Of a stretch of 56,126 bases of DNA, positions 1 to 14,428 are shown piece after piece. Position 1 is the first letter of the stretch; each line of letters opens with the position of its first letter. Location of the stretch: assembly GCA_905331295.1 (NCBI GenBank), contig CAJNYD010000551.1, positions 124,001 through 180,126 of the forward strand. Direction: 5' to 3'. Position numbers and translations under genes: made by a program. The notes below the pieces were generated by a model. The model searched no databases. It was given only the letters and a program-made list of their open reading frames with translations, and was not told the origin of the DNA. This DNA is from Rotaria socialis. Lineage: Eukaryota.

Positions 1-275
1 CTGCAGAGAATGATTCACTGAATTTTCTTCATACGGAATGTAATCATTTATCGAATACGATGAAGGATTACGTTGCATGTGTATGCTCGAATGATACTTA
101 TTCAACATCATCCGTACCGAAATCTCAAAGTAAAACCGAAATAATGACAGCATTCTATATAAGTACAGTACCGGCAATCAAACAAGTATTTTCATGCAGT
201 GATCAGTCATTGGATCGATCAAAATCTCAAACAATAAGAAATGATTTGAAATTTATGTATGAATGTCCGTTTTGA
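1..275 (+). CDS. Probable 3'-terminal exon of an unidentified gene, truncated by the window start
   Basis: The frame is open from base 3 (AENDSLNFLHTECNHLSNTMKDY...MYECPF*) and is followed by AT-rich, UTR-like sequence. No recognisable motif. Confidence 0.4.
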   Translation, partial: AENDSLNFLHTECNHLSNTMKDYVACVCSNDTYSTSSVPKSQSKTEIMTAFYISTVPAIKQVFSCSDQSLDRSKSQTIRNDLKFMYECPF

Positions 276-366
276 CAGTCTAACAAGAACAGTAGTTGTC
301 TTTTTTTTTATTTGTATATGTGCGAAGTATGATTAGTCTATTATTCATAATTAATACAGCATGTCG

Positions 367-367
<1 letters not shown>

Positions 368-392
<25 letters not shown>
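368..392. repeat. (CA)n microsatellite
   Basis: Direct read of the CA run. Confidence 0.9.
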
Positions 393-397
<5 letters not shown>

Positions 398-3300
398 AAC
401 ATGTCGATCTATTCTTTTTCTTTATAATTAACAAAACTATCAAAAAAAAAACAAAGAATGAATATTTGATCAATTGGTAAATAGATTTTACTTTTGACTA
501 GCAGATAAAATATTTCGGGATTTTCCGAGAATAAAAAACTCTCTATGAAAAATCCTAAAATTAATCATCGTTGCTTTTTTTTGGGTAATTTTATGGCATG
601 TCACATCTTTTGAAAGCCGAACTCAACAATCGTAGTGACATTCTCTATGACAGTAAGCACCATTATTCATCAAAGGAAAGTAATAATAATGAGAGCTTCT
701 TACTCTACTGAATACTCTATTCGCATTTTCCTAATCGTTATTCTACATGTGACAGGTGTTTTGACAAATCCATTATCATGTATTCGTGGCCACAGTTAGA
801 AATCAATATTCATACAGGCGAATAATTTATAGCAGTAATTTTGTCGAAGCATGTTAGCTTAAGCCTATGACTCATAACGACATCGTCGACAACGTATTTG
901 GGTAATTAATCGACACTTGCTCGCATGCTATCAGGAGTTATGTTGACATAATTGCGGCTTTTTGCTTCAGTAGAAGCCATTGTAATGAATACAGTAGCAA
1001 GAACAGATTGAATCCATCGGATCAAGGTTAACCAATCAGTGTAGCAAATTTATCTAAACAATCGAGTATTTCGTTATATGTCGTGTACTCTAACTGCGAT
1101 AGATTTATATTTATACCAGTCACACTCCGCTGGTGATCTATGATATAAATTAATTTGACGGTCATACTCGCTGAATGAGTTTCATTCGATTGCCTCTTTT
1201 TGTTCAGTAGATATGAAATCGAAAACGTTTTCTATGAAAACTGTATTGCTTATTTGCTGAAAATATAGATACATATTTTTAAAAGTATCTTATCATTAAT
1301 TTATTCAACAGCTGTATCCAGTGACGTCGTTTGGTTTTTTGTTCAATATGATTGATCGTTTCTAATGCCATTCTCTGTAAATATTCTCGACGTTTCTTTT
1401 TATTGGATTGTCACGATAGAATAGATGAAAACTTCTAAGCTTCTCTCATGGGCTTTTCTTGTTGTCATCGAGTTATTCCGCTAGCGTCGATTTCTCTTAT
1501 TTATTTTGTTAGAAAAGAAGCGATGGAATTATAAAGATCCATTCTGCCTTTTTATTAGAGTTTTTTTTTATTTAAGAATATAAATCATCAAGAACATATT
1601 GATGTTTAGTGTTTGCAACATCTAACAGTATTATTGTTGTAGGATGTAACTTATAATTATTAGAAACTAGGGTTCGATTCGACTGGCATGCGTATGGAGT
1701 CGAGCCTTGAATTGATTTACTGATTGTGAAAATTATTTTCTTCAAAAGTAAAGTGCGGTTGACAAAAAAAAACGACGATGATGAGTTTCTTATTATTGCT
1801 TCAAGGATTCAATCGAATATCACGAACGAAACTAATGAATTAGAACCGTATTATTAAAAATTCAATGAAATATTTCACTCAAAAGTGACGATATTTTTTT
1901 AAGCGATCAGTAAAACGCTTTAAAACTATTCTATTGAGCGATTCTATCAACAGTGGATTGCTGGTATATATGATATTTTCTATTTACAGCATAGAGGTCA
2001 TAGTTGGAATTAAGTTGCATAGATTTTTCTATACATTTTCGGATGCGATTAATCAATCGATCATTTCATACTTGTTGCGTCACTTACAATCTTGAATCGT
2101 ACCTTTGCCGAAGGTTCTGGTTGACTCTTTTATACTAAAATTGCCTTCTGTTCAGCAAGTAAAATACTACAACGTAGATCTCAAAACTAAATCTAAATAA
2201 CACTAGACTTCAATTTGTTTTTCATGAAATGATTACATTTTGTCACAAATGACATCTTCATGTTTTGCTATTATTAAATGTGACAAGAGAACTAAAGTTG
2301 TAACTGTTAAAAACACGAATAATCTATACGTCAATCATCAATTTTTCTTCGGCATCCTTAACTTCTTTTAAAATATTGGTAGTTAACTACTATGTGCAAT
2401 CAATCATCGATTAGCACGTCTGTTGAGTATTGACATCACCAAGGTTAAGAATGTTGGTCAAAAGTGATTCACGGTCGTGACATATATTTATAGTTCAGCA
2501 GTAAAGATTCTTAACACATTGGTTTTCGTTGACCGAATATCTAAGATATTTCTAGACGTTAGGAACCATCATGAAAATCGAAATCGAAAATTATGAAAAT
2601 TCCAATTTGTACTTTGTATCATCAAGTGTTTTACCATTTAAAAGTAACGCATGCAAATCTTTATCCCATCAAATATATTGATTGACTATCGGATGAGCTT
2701 TTCTTTTGGTTTTAACATTGAAATGTAATTCTTGTTCGACTTAGTTCTATTGATTGTCTTTTATGATTTCGATATGTTCTCTGTTTTATCGTTGTTTGAC
2801 TCATAGCATCGATGCAAACATTCTTTAAATCAACTTTTCGAATACGAGCGTATTTGGCATATAAGAACTTATTAATTAGACAATACTAATCATTTATTTT
2901 AAATTTATTGTCGAGTTATCATCTATAAATGAAAAATGATTATTTTATCTTTCACATGTACATCAAAGAATGTGATGGACGATAAAATGTGCATTGTTTA
3001 GAACGTGAAACATGCTTGCACGTATCTGTTACTATTTAGATATCTTATTTTGCCCTCTATAATGCAACAAGAAAAAGATGTTCCGTAAGAAAAAAATATA
3101 AAAATTGAACTCTTCTTTTTGCACAAAAAGATTCGTGTTACTAAATCACATATTTGTTCTCGCTCATGGTTTCAGATATTCTCGGTTAAGCATAGAAAAA
3201 TCAGACACGAATTACTATTATTTTAGAATGTAGCGACATCTTGAAATAGGCGTCGTTGTGCACGCTTTGGTTTTCTCTCTATCCAATAGACTTAATTCAT

Positions 3301-3508
3301 TCATCACTCACATGCAATAATAATAATCGTAACTTCCATTATAAATTTTTGTGAATCGTTTCTAACCAGGTATTGAGAAGTTAACATTGGAAACATCGCA
3401 TATCAATAATCATATTCTGAAAGTAAGAAATAACAAATAAAATATTTATTAATTTAATTAACTAATCTTTTTTGTATTAGTATTTAATATAAATAATCAG
3501 AATACATT

Positions 3509-3897
3509 ATGATAGCTGTCGAACCGTATTCAGTCGATCTCCTATGGATATTGATAGTCGGTTTCATTGTTGCCTTTGTATTAGCATTTGGTATTGGAGC
3601 GAATGATGTAGCTAATTCATTTGGTACAAGTGTTGGTAGTAAAGTGTTAACATTGAAACAAGCATGTATTCTAGCAACAATATTCGAAATATTGGGATCA
3701 ATTTTAATTGGTATATCATGAAAAGTTTTCCCTAGAATTCCATTGAATTATTCCATTCGACTATCTAGGAGCGAAAGTATCTGATACGATAAGGAAAGGT
3801 ATTATTGATCCAACGACATTTGATAATCCTAAAGAATTAATGCTTGGTCAACTTTCATCATTAATTGGTAAATAAAATATTTAGATATAGAGGACTC

Positions 3898-3931
<34 letters not shown>

Positions 3932-6798
3932 GGTTGTTGCATTTGGTTATTAGTTGCCACATTTTTCAATTTACCGGTATCTGGTACACATAGTATTGTC
4001 GGTGGAACCATTGGCTTTGCTCTCATTTCTCAAGGATCAAACAGTATAAAATGGAGTGTCTTTGCTAAAATTGGTATGTTGAAAATAATGCATGGATGAT
4101 TCTATTTTTTATGAAATATAATAGGGGCTTCATGGTTTGTTTCACCTGCATTAGCTGGTATTATATCAGTAGTTTTCTTTATTCTTATTCGAAAATTTAT
4201 TCTTGAAAAAGTAAATTACTTTTAGTTTTATTAATTAAATCAATTCGCTTTTATTTTATTCCTTTAGGAGAATTCAATGACTGTGGGTCTTCGTTGGCTA
4301 CCTATTTTCTATGGCGTAACAATCATGCTTAACGTTTTTTCAATAATTCATTCAGCACCACCAAGTTTGTAGTTTGAGAAATTGATTTTCAAAATTCTAT
4401 TTTACTAATCAATTCAGTGTTATATTTCGATCGTATTCCATTATGGGGAAATTTCATAATAACAATTAGTGTTGGACTTATCATTGGTCTTGGTGTTATG
4501 ATATTTGTTAAGCCACGTTTAAAACGAAGCATTGAAGGTAAAATTGTGTTTCGCTTTTTCGTTTTTGGATTAATAAAGCAATTCTGATTCGTTTGTTTAT
4601 TTTTGTTTTAGCAACATTAAGAAAGAAACGTGGAGTCGACCACAATTCAGAAGAGAAACCACAATTAACTAAAACTGAAGGTCGTTTTGAAACATATACT
4701 GGTAAATATTGTTTTTGTTTGAAATCAACATTTCTGACAGCGAAAATCTTTTTTATAAAAATTGTAGAATAAAAGTAAGTTGATGATTATTCAAGCTATT
4801 GATTTAAAAAAAAGAATAGCGATTGCAGAATTCTCGAGTAATTGTACGATATCAGTGATTACAAACTATTTTACTAACCATAACGCTTCATGATCAGCTC
4901 TTAATTTAAAGTCTTGGGCGATATGCTTTCCGCGGGAGTAATAAAAAATCATAAAAGCAAATATATTGAATATTTCAAGCGATATAAATGATAATATTGA
5001 GTCAATTCTTAATGCGCATATGATTTTGAAATCGACTATGGAGTTATGTACTGCTACGGTGTCTAAGCAACGTTGAAAATATCGTTTAAATCGCTTGAAT
5101 CATTTCATTTATATTTGCATCATATTTTTAAAACAAAGAATATTAATAAAATTCAATTTGCTAATTTAAAATTTAGTGTCTCGTCTTGAAAATGTCAATA
5201 CGAGTGATAAAGAAACACAAATTGATCATATATCTATGCTTAAAGAATATGATTTAATACGTTATCAACAACAACATCCCGATCAATTTCGTCCTTATGG
5301 TAAAGTCTCTATAATTGCTATTTTTCTTATTATTTGAAATGAACTATTTATAGTTGAAATGCAACGTATACGAAAAGATTCCGAAACATCAAATTCTGTC
5401 TATAGCGCAGTTGGTCGTGGCCGTCGAGAAAATGAACGTTTTCGTTATGAATTACTTGCATCAGATAATCCGAACACTGTGGCACATCGAAATGTTGCTA
5501 ATCAACCAGCTATTCGTGAAGTAATTGAATTCAAAAGTAATATAAATTATACGTCATGATGTTTTTAGAAAACAAAAATTTATCGTTTACCTCAATATCC
5601 AAACTCGCCAGTGATTTCCGGTTCAGCACCTACTGAGGTTAAAAGTTTATTACTTACTTCTGGTAAACAAATTTTTTCCTCGCATGGCTAATCATTTTTA
5701 TTTGCAATAACAATTCGTTCTTAGATGACGATAATATTTCAACAACATCAGCAAATCATTTGAGTTCAAACGAAGATATAGATGAAGTCGAAGACAAAAT
5801 GCCAGAAATACCAACAAAGAAGGTTTGCTTTTTTTTGATGATTAAAATTATGACTGAATGTTTTTTTTATATAGAAAAAAGTTGATACAACGAATGACTC
5901 ATTGGAAATTGCTAGTATTTTTAAATATTTACAAATTCTTACAGCTATATTCGGTGGATTTGCCCATGGTGGAAATGATGTCAGGTAAAAGAAAACTTTA
6001 TTTATTGTTTTTTAGTTTAAATTTTCGCACAATGTAACCAATTAATATGAAATTGCATCCTAAAAATTAGTTGAAAACAATAGTCTGGTTCAGCTTTCGA
6101 ATGCCATATCATCATCATATGATTTTTTCAGAATGCTGTTCATCGATGAGTGATTGTGTAGAAATTAAACAAACTGTATCATAGTGCGCTAATCAGAGAA
6201 TGGAATTTTGACGGACGATTCTTATTTGTGAACTGTCAAAGCTACTATTGAAAGATGAATTTATGAAAAGAACTTGTTTACAATGATGATTCAATGTGTT
6301 TGTTTTTTTCAAGTAATGCAATTGGCCCATTGATTGGTCTTTGGTTAATCTATGTCGAAGGAAATGTTGTTGCAAAATCAGCAACACCATTATGGGTTCT
6401 TTTCTATGGCGGTCTTGGAATATCAGTTGGTCTTTGGGTTTGGGGTCGTCGTGTTATTCGAACAATCGGTGAAGACTTAACTAAAATTACACCGTCAAGG
6501 TATAGAAAACATTTACTATATAGATTTTTTCGAAGTAAACTCTTGACTTTCTTTCAGTGGTTTTATAATTGAAATCTCAACTGCATTTACAGTACTTGTA
6601 GCATCGAATTTATCAATTCCAATTAGTACAACGCATTGTAAAGTTGGTAGTGTCGTAGCAATTGGTCGCGTTCGTTCAAGACAAAGTGTCGATTGGTCTT
6701 TATTTCGAAATATTATTGTTGCATGGATTGTCACAGTTCCTGTTACTGGTGGCATTTCAGCTGGCATTATGGCTCTTTTTCGTTACTTTTTTCTATAG
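3509..6798 (+). CDS. SLC20A: Sodium-dependent phosphate transporter, PiT/PHO4 family, multi-exon
   Basis: Both PHO4 signature motifs are present: [17 protein letters not shown] (N-terminal) and [15 protein letters not shown] (split by the intron after 5984). [11 protein letters not shown] and [13 protein letters not shown] are also present. GT-AG introns; stop TAG at 6796-6798. Confidence 0.95.
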
Positions 6799-7103
6799 AA
6801 AAACTTACTTTAGCTTTCAATCCATTGATACATAGAATGATACATAGAATGAAACAAAACAAAAAACAACTTCATCCATGAAGTCTTATCTTGTCATCCA
6901 GTAGCTTTAAACATAGGAAAGTTCTCTCTTGTCTTTTTCTCTCGTTTTGTACTACGTTTTGTTATGTAAAAGAGTTTTTACTCCCTCAACACACCTCTAT
7001 TAATAGACACTTAACATAGTCAGTCACGCATGAATGAAAAAATGACAAAGTTATTTCAGATTTCATAAAAACTAAACAGATAACCACTGGTCAAATCAAC
7101 AGC

Positions 7104-10100
7104 ATGGCTAATAATAAGGTAGTTCAATTATAATTGAACTTCTGATGATTTCAATGTTCGATTTATAGGAAGCAATGGCGCTCGTAGTTGATATTGGTGC
7201 TGGTATGTCCGAAGCAGCCCCTGGATTCGATTCACCGCTACAAATAGCAAGTGATGTACTTCAAATGATTGTTCAGAGAAAAGTATGTCATGCATTTATT
7301 TTTTATCTTCTCTGGTGCGCGGTGAAAAATATTCTATCGGGAAACTTGCTTCGATAGAACATATGAAAATGAATACCTATTTATAAAGCAAACCACTTCA
7401 ATCTTAGACGTGTATATAATTCTGCTAATGATCTGTTTTTTTCTCTTTGAAATACATTATTACTACGCTTCGCTTTCAACTATGGAGTTTATCAAAATTA
7501 TATGAAATGTAGCATCTAAAAGAAACTAAGAGTTTTTTCAATGCAAATCAAACTATTATACGAATTTCTGTTGTTATCATGCGCCTCACCCCTTCGAGAT
7601 CAAGAATTGAATCTTTTAAAATGAGAAATGGCGTCTATTTGAAAATTCTCAGACCGTTTTAGAACTTGATCGTAGGAATACATCTTCATACATGTAGAAT
7701 TATCTTGTTTCACAGTTCTGATGAAAGCGTTAACTCATCCAAAGTCTTTTATAACAACAGAAATTTTCAGACATTGAAAAATATTAAACATAGAATATCA
7801 TGAGATGTGATCAGTTTACTAATTCTTGTTTCAAAACAAATATCTGTGCCCATATAAATTTGTATAGTTACCTACGATTGTGATTTCTTCGAATCACATG
7901 AATAATCTTCAGCTTTTTATTTAAATAGATGTTTCAACAGAGTAAAGATGAATTAGCATTGATTTTATATGGTACTGATGAAACAAATAATGATTTAGCC
8001 GATGAAAACAATTATCAAAATATTAACGTTGCTTTTACTCTATCACCTGCTAATTGGCATTTATTTGAAGAAATACAAAAAATCAAACCAGGCAATGCTC
8101 CAGCTGATTGTAAGTAAATAAGAGACGAAAAGAAAACGAGAAACAACAGATAACTTTTTTAGTGGTTGATGCCATTGTCGTTGCTGCTGATCATCTTCGT
8201 CGTGAGACTGAGTAATTAAAGTGAAGATAAAAGCGTTATATTCGAAAATGAACTCCACTTACTTTAGAGGCAAACGCGGTTTTGTTGCTAAACGTGTTCT
8301 ATTGTTTACCAACGCTGCCACACCATTTAATGATCATAGCCTAAAAATAATTCTAGAATCCCTTCGACGTCAAGATATTATTGTTGATGCAATTGGACCT
8401 ACATGGGGTCAACAAGACGACGATAATCAACATGATGAAAATGATCGACCAGACTCGCCGATGCACACGAGTGAACATGCTGATAATCATGAAGATACAG
8501 CTAATAATCATCCGACCACCAATGGTCATCATCTAAACAGTCCGAAAAAACCATTAACACAACAGCAACAAACTGGTATTCGTATTATAAACGATATCGT
8601 TAATACAACCGAAGGAAGTTTATTTACATTTCGGTATAAAATAATTGTTCAATATCGATATAGACTAATTCTGTTATTTTAGCGAAGCGTTAACTATTCT
8701 CAGCGTTCATCAATCAAAAGCTGTTAGACCAACACCAACAAAATATATTATGCAATTAGCTGATCTTAAACTACACATTTGCACTTATATTCAGGTTTGA
8801 AAATATTCTGCCCATGTAAAAACGACAGACTACACAATGAGTAGCATACGAACATTTGATGATAAGAAAAGTTTTAGAATTAAAAAAGAGGAGACCGGTG
8901 ACGTCTGTGCAGTTTGCACTTTTTGTGTACTCAAAAAGTGAGTACACTCTAGAATCGGTCAGTGTGTCCGGCCGGCCGTAGGCACGATAACTTGCGAAAG
9001 GAGAGTCAGACCGTGATGAAATTTTCCACACAGTTCAATCTCATGAATATCTCGGTCGAGTTCGAAGATGAGAAGAATCCCTCAAGAAATGGTTGAGTTA
9101 TCGAAAAAATTGTCATTTTTGACCAGGCCATCCCTGAGGAGGAGTACAGGGAATTTTTTTCAAAAAATAAATCTTTCTCAGAATTATTCACAACATATAT
9201 AAATCGACTCAGTTTTTAACGCTGATTCCGAATCTGATATTAGTTTTGAGCTAAACCGTAGTTTTCTGATGAAACATCGCCTGAAAAACGTCTCAAAATG
9301 CACAAAAACTGCATCCAGAAATCAAATTGCCTAGTTTCTCATGATAATTTTGGTGTTCAGACATTCTAGAATGACTCATACATCCCATGCACTTTTTGCA
9401 GCACACATAACTTTCGGATGAAATCCGAAGTTTCCACATTTATTTTGACGGATATTTGAAAAATGATTTATTGTTTTAAATTAGGTTAAAGACAATAAAC
9501 CGGGAATATTTCGCCTAAAAAAGGTGTATGCACGTCAGCCAACAACGGAAATAAAAGTTGATCGTGGTCGTTATACAAAAGATGAAGAAGATCGTGAAAT
9601 TGAAAAAGAAGAATTGACCGATGGGTTTCGTTATGGTACAACATTTGTACCTATTAATAAAGAAACACTTGACGATATGAAGTATCATAGTGAAAAATGT
9701 TTTTCAATTATTGGATTTTCTGATGCTAATATGGTTGGTTTCATTTTTTTTTGTCGTTTCACTCAACTTCTATTTGAAATTATTTTCACTAGATGCGACG
9801 AAGCCTTTACTTAGGTGATACGGTTTATGAAGTTATTGCCGAACCTGCCTATGAAGTAAGAGTAGCTAATTTTCTTTTTTTGGTACCAGTAGATATTGAA
9901 TTTCGATCATTGTTGATAAATTCGATAGTTGATCCAATTCTCAGAAAAATCGCAAATAATGGTATCAAGAGTGTGGAATATCATCATATGCAGTTATCCT
10001 AAGCTTTTTTCTCAGTCTGATTTTCCTATATATATATATATATATATATAGATGATCCCTTAGGGAAAAGCGTGTGATTAGGTTCTTCTTTTTTTCTATT

Positions 10101-11929
10101 AGGAAGAAGGTCAAGTATTTGCTGGTATTGTTCAAGCAATGTATGATACGAATACAGTCGCGATAGTACGCAAATGCTTTAGTGAGCGAAGTTCACCTGA
10201 ACTTGGATTTTTACGTCCACACATTGCTCATGATCATATGGTAAGTGTCAAAGTAAATTTTATTTTTCAATTACGATAAAAAAATTTCTGTAGTGCATGT
10301 ATTATGTCAAATTACCGTTCGCAGAAGATTTACGTGGATTTGATTTTGATAATCTCGACGTCATTAAACGAAATCAACCAAGCGATGAACAACTAAAAAC
10401 GATTGATAATCTAATTACAACTATGGATTTAACTCATGCTGACCAAGGGTAAGAATTAAACAGAAGAGAAAAAAGAAAAGAAAATAAGATCCAATTAATT
10501 AACAGCGAAGAAGCATTTCAACCCGAAGTCGTTTTTAATCCTTACATTCAACGAATGTTTCAAGTATGTATTTCGCATTATATTTTATGTTGTTATCTCA
10601 GACAGAAAGAAAAAAACACTTATTCTAGTGTATCGCTCGACGTGCTGTTACACCCGACGAACCGTTATCATTATCGAACACAATTGAGGAAATGAATAAT
10701 ACATTAGTTCAATCAATTGTTGCGAAGAGTAAACGAACGTTGGACACAGTTCATGAAGAGTTTGTTCTCCGTGAAACTGAGCGTCGACAAAAAATAACTA
10801 CCGGTGATCAACTCTTTGGTAGCGATGATCAGTAAGACAAAAATAATCATTTTGAAAAGCACTAGACGAATATTTTCTTATGTTGTAGTTTAACGAAAAA
10901 ACTTCGTCTTGAAGAAAATGAAAACATTGAAGAACCGACAACAGATTCAACATCATTCGAAGCACAATCTGCTGCTAAAAAGAAAGCAGCCATGCGTACG
11001 ATTGGTACAATAACACCGGTGGAAGATTTTAAGATTTTAATTGAACAAGGTTCACCATCATTTACTGATGTGTGCAAACAAATGTCTACACTTATACTTG
11101 AACTCATTAATAATTCACGTGGTGATGCGTTGTTCGAAAAAGCTTTACAATGTATTCAATCTCTACGAGAAATATGCATTCAAAAACTAGAAACCAAAAT
11201 TATTTAATGACTTTCAGATGGTTATTAAAAGACAAGCAGCAAATATTGATGGAAGAAAAGATTTTTGGGCAAAAATTGTTGATGGTATGTCAGGAAAAAT
11301 TCAACAGTTTTTGATGAAACATCGTACCTATTCTATCAGAGAGTCGAGCGACACACACTGCTCATGTGTGTCATATTAAATTGAGAATGGTTTCGATTCT
11401 GCCAATAGAATTTCCGAAATGGTCATTAGAAAACAGAAATTTTTTAGAACACCGTAGTTTTCACTTAACTGTAGTCTAGAGCATCGTTTTGTATGTCGAA
11501 AACAGCAGGTTGGAAATAATAAAATATTTGAATAGATTTTCTTCATAAATCGAAAATAGAATCGAGTTGTCATACACATCGGAAAATAGCTTAACTAGAT
11601 AAATGATGCTCATGGTGCTGCTAGTTCCATTGCTATCCTATTCCGCTAGATTCCCTTACGTCTACTTAAAATTGTTTTGAAAATATTCATTCATATTTAT
11701 TTTTAGAAAACATCAGTTTAATCACAAGTGATGAATGCATTGAATCGAATGTAATACCAATAGAAGCCAAGAAATTTCTCGAAGAAGAAACAGCCAATGA
11801 AATGCTCAATAATGCACTAGGAACTAATGAAGAAGATGGTGACGATGAAGATCTTGTATGTAGAATAGATTTTCAAATTCTTCTATATCTCAAATCATTT
11901 CTATTTTATTTCAGTTCGATCTCATATAA
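7104..11929 (+). CDS. XRCC5: Ku80, NHEJ DNA end-binding subunit; apparent +1 frameshift at 11191-11193
   Basis: Spliced N-terminus MANNK|EAMALVVDIGAGMS; vWA motif SKDELALILYGTDETNNDLA; core motifs GFRYGTTFVP and KLPFAEDLR; C-terminal domain ALFEKALQCIQSLRE...DFWAKIVD|ENISLIT; tail EEDGDDEDL|FDLI*. Confidence 0.95.
8795..9485. mobile_element. Enlarged Ku80 intron, probably carrying a degenerate non-autonomous element
   Basis: About 690 nt against about 55 nt for typical introns; GC-richer core; only weak terminal inverted similarity. Confidence 0.35.
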
Positions 11930-13282
11930 GTAGCAAAAACATATGGCCGGTGACATACAATAGAATTCTATTACATATATTTTTAGTTGAGATTTTATTC
12001 TCGAGCATGACATATACGTATATGTTGTATATAAAATCTTGTTTGTGATATGCTTTTATTTTTAATAAATGTAATAATCAATTTATAAATAAATCGTATA
12101 TATTTATTTTTAAATATTATTGACAACTATTGAAAATAGATCAATAAAATACATTGCTAAAGCGCATCAACAAGCAGTACAGGTAAACATAAATGCACAT
12201 CTTGTATAGAAAAATTGAATAATATCAGATACAACTATGCAATTCTAGAAATATTGTTAAATTTATAAAAAAAAACATTGAATTCAGGCGTTGTCTCGTA
12301 TCACGAATAACTTTGGAGTTGGTAGAGAACGTGACGAAAGGAGTTCGACACTGGTAGTCGTGTATAGTTTACGAAATCTCCTGTACAATCACAAGTCTCT
12401 TCCTATGATCGCTACGAAAAATTTATTTATTTATTTCTTCCTATCTGTAGTAGTTGTTAGAACCTAGGGTTGAAGAGGACGAGCTACTAATAAATTCAAG
12501 TCAATGCTAACAACACTAATTCTTTTTCTTTGAAAATAGCTCTGAGCTAAAAAGCAAAAACAATTCAGATAAAAATACTGAAATGAATTACATATTTTCA
12601 AAAAGTATACTAAAACGATGTTTTGTCTAATATCCGACTATGTTAGTCGTAAATAATAAAGAAATATCAGAGAGACAGAAATAATTTAACTAGTGAAAAA
12701 CAGTTTAAATGCTGAAGCATGCAGCAAACTTGACACATTTCTAGTAACTGATGATATTCTTTTGAAGCCTTTTTCTCAGATTATTTCAATAGAAAATCAT
12801 ATAAAAACACTTATGACACTATATCCAGGCCTACTAACACTACAGAGAAACATACACATCCAGGGTTACCTATAATAAAAATAAAGACACAACGATGCAT
12901 AATCTAAATATAGATTGTCAAGGTGAAAAAAAAACATCTGAATTATGACGTCTCTAATAAGAACGTATTAAAAGAGAATTTGTAAGCTATCCATTGAAGC
13001 TTCTATCAGATTAATATATATATATATATGATGTTACTTCAACAACTGTGCTAATAACTTTCTCTAATAAAAAATAATAAGTTTTACTTTTTAAAGTAAT
13101 TAACATGAACGTGCCAAAAAGAGATTCGATTTCTTGTCTTTTAATATTTATTATATGAAAATTTCCAAACGTGACAATTACAAATTCTTAATAAGCTTTA
13201 CTTTGTTTCTTTAAATATCAACATAAAATCTCAAGTTCCATCTATAAAACTTCCCTATTGTTCAATATATCATCAAAATAAT

Positions 13283-14428
13283 ATGTCGTTTCTTGTCTGC
13301 CTTGCAATATTTTCTATTCGTACATATTTATCTACAGGTTCTTATACATATGGAATAATTCATAATGCAACAGTTAAAATTCCATTCGATTTACCTGACG
13401 ACGTTTATCATAGACTAGACAATCAATTTTCTTGTAATCAATGTCTTTGCCATGCATTTAACGATTCTCGCGTATTTCTATTAACATGTACTGGTAATGA
13501 ATTTGAAAATTTTACATGTCAATTTTATTATTTTATGCCGATGAGAGATGAACTTAGATATCGAAATAATACAAATATATACTTAATGAAAAATGAAACA
13601 TTTAAAGAAAAAGATGATTGCTGTAATACAACATATCTTCTTGAACAACTCCAGTCAACATCAACTAATAAAACACGTGTTTTTACACAATCTTTACGTT
13701 TTCTTGTTTTCGGTGATAATAATACGATAGCTTCAATATATCAAGAGAAATTAATTAAGTTTAATAAATATACATTTGAAAAGGTCTATGAATCAACTCG
13801 AAATGGTTTTAAAACGGTTGGATTCGATGGGAAATATTATTATCTTGGAAGAAGCGGGTCAATGGAAGTTCATAATGTGATAATCGATTCGCCAATAACA
13901 ACTGTTACATTAGGAGGCATTTTAACAAGTATTCGTCGTCGCAATAATACAAAAATGCTTGTAGGCGCAGCTACAGCAGGTGGTTTTATTTGCGAAAGGC
14001 AACCAGAAATATTTAACAAATGTGCAGCCATTCCAGCACTGAACGCAATTGGAAAACAATTACATGCTTTGGATATCGTTAATGACAGCGCATTTTATGC
14101 TGGCTGGGCAGATTCAAGCGAAAATGTTCGTTTATATATGAAAGATCAGAATAATACATGGAGCGACAGTAACTCTATTTTTAGTAGCTCTACGACGGTG
14201 TCAGATATCATTGTTGATGATTGTCAACGGTTATGGGTAGTTAAAGCAGGCGCTAATAAAATATATATCTATGATCAAAATAACAATTCTCCGAATATAT
14301 TTACAACTAATTCGGGTTTATTTAACCTTTTGATTATGGAGAATTATACACTTGTTACGTCACATGAAGCTGCTCCTCAGGGCTTACATGTTACTAAACC
14401 AACTCTGAATTGTCGTCCACCGCGTTAA
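13283..14428 (+). CDS. Intronless secreted protein with a Cys-rich PAN/apple-like N-terminal module and a probable beta-propeller
   Basis: 381-aa ORF; hydrophobic N-terminus; SCNQCLC...TC...TCQFY and CCN motifs; blade-like strands such as SDIIVDDCQRLWVV; many NxS/T sites; AATAAA downstream. Confidence 0.75.
   Translation: MSFLVCLAIFSIRTYLSTGSYTYGIIHNATVKIPFDLPDDVYHRLDNQFSCNQCLCHAFNDSRVFLLTCTGNEFENFTCQFYYFMPMRDELRYRNNTNIYLMKNETFKEKDDCCNTTYLLEQLQSTSTNKTRVFTQSLRFLVFGDNNTIASIYQEKLIKFNKYTFEKVYESTRNGFKTVGFDGKYYYLGRSGSMEVHNVIIDSPITTVTLGGILTSIRRRNNTKMLVGAATAGGFICERQPEIFNKCAAIPALNAIGKQLHALDIVNDSAFYAGWADSSENVRLYMKDQNNTWSDSNSIFSSSTTVSDIIVDDCQRLWVVKAGANKIYIYDQNNNSPNIFTTNSGLFNLLIMENYTLVTSHEAAPQGLHVTKPTLNCRPPR

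Noticed and set aside
700..1020. Minus-strand frame MASTEAKSRNYVNITPDSMRASVD*... as a possible HTH/transposase relic
   Set aside because: Similarity too vague; interrupted by stops; no TIRs found.
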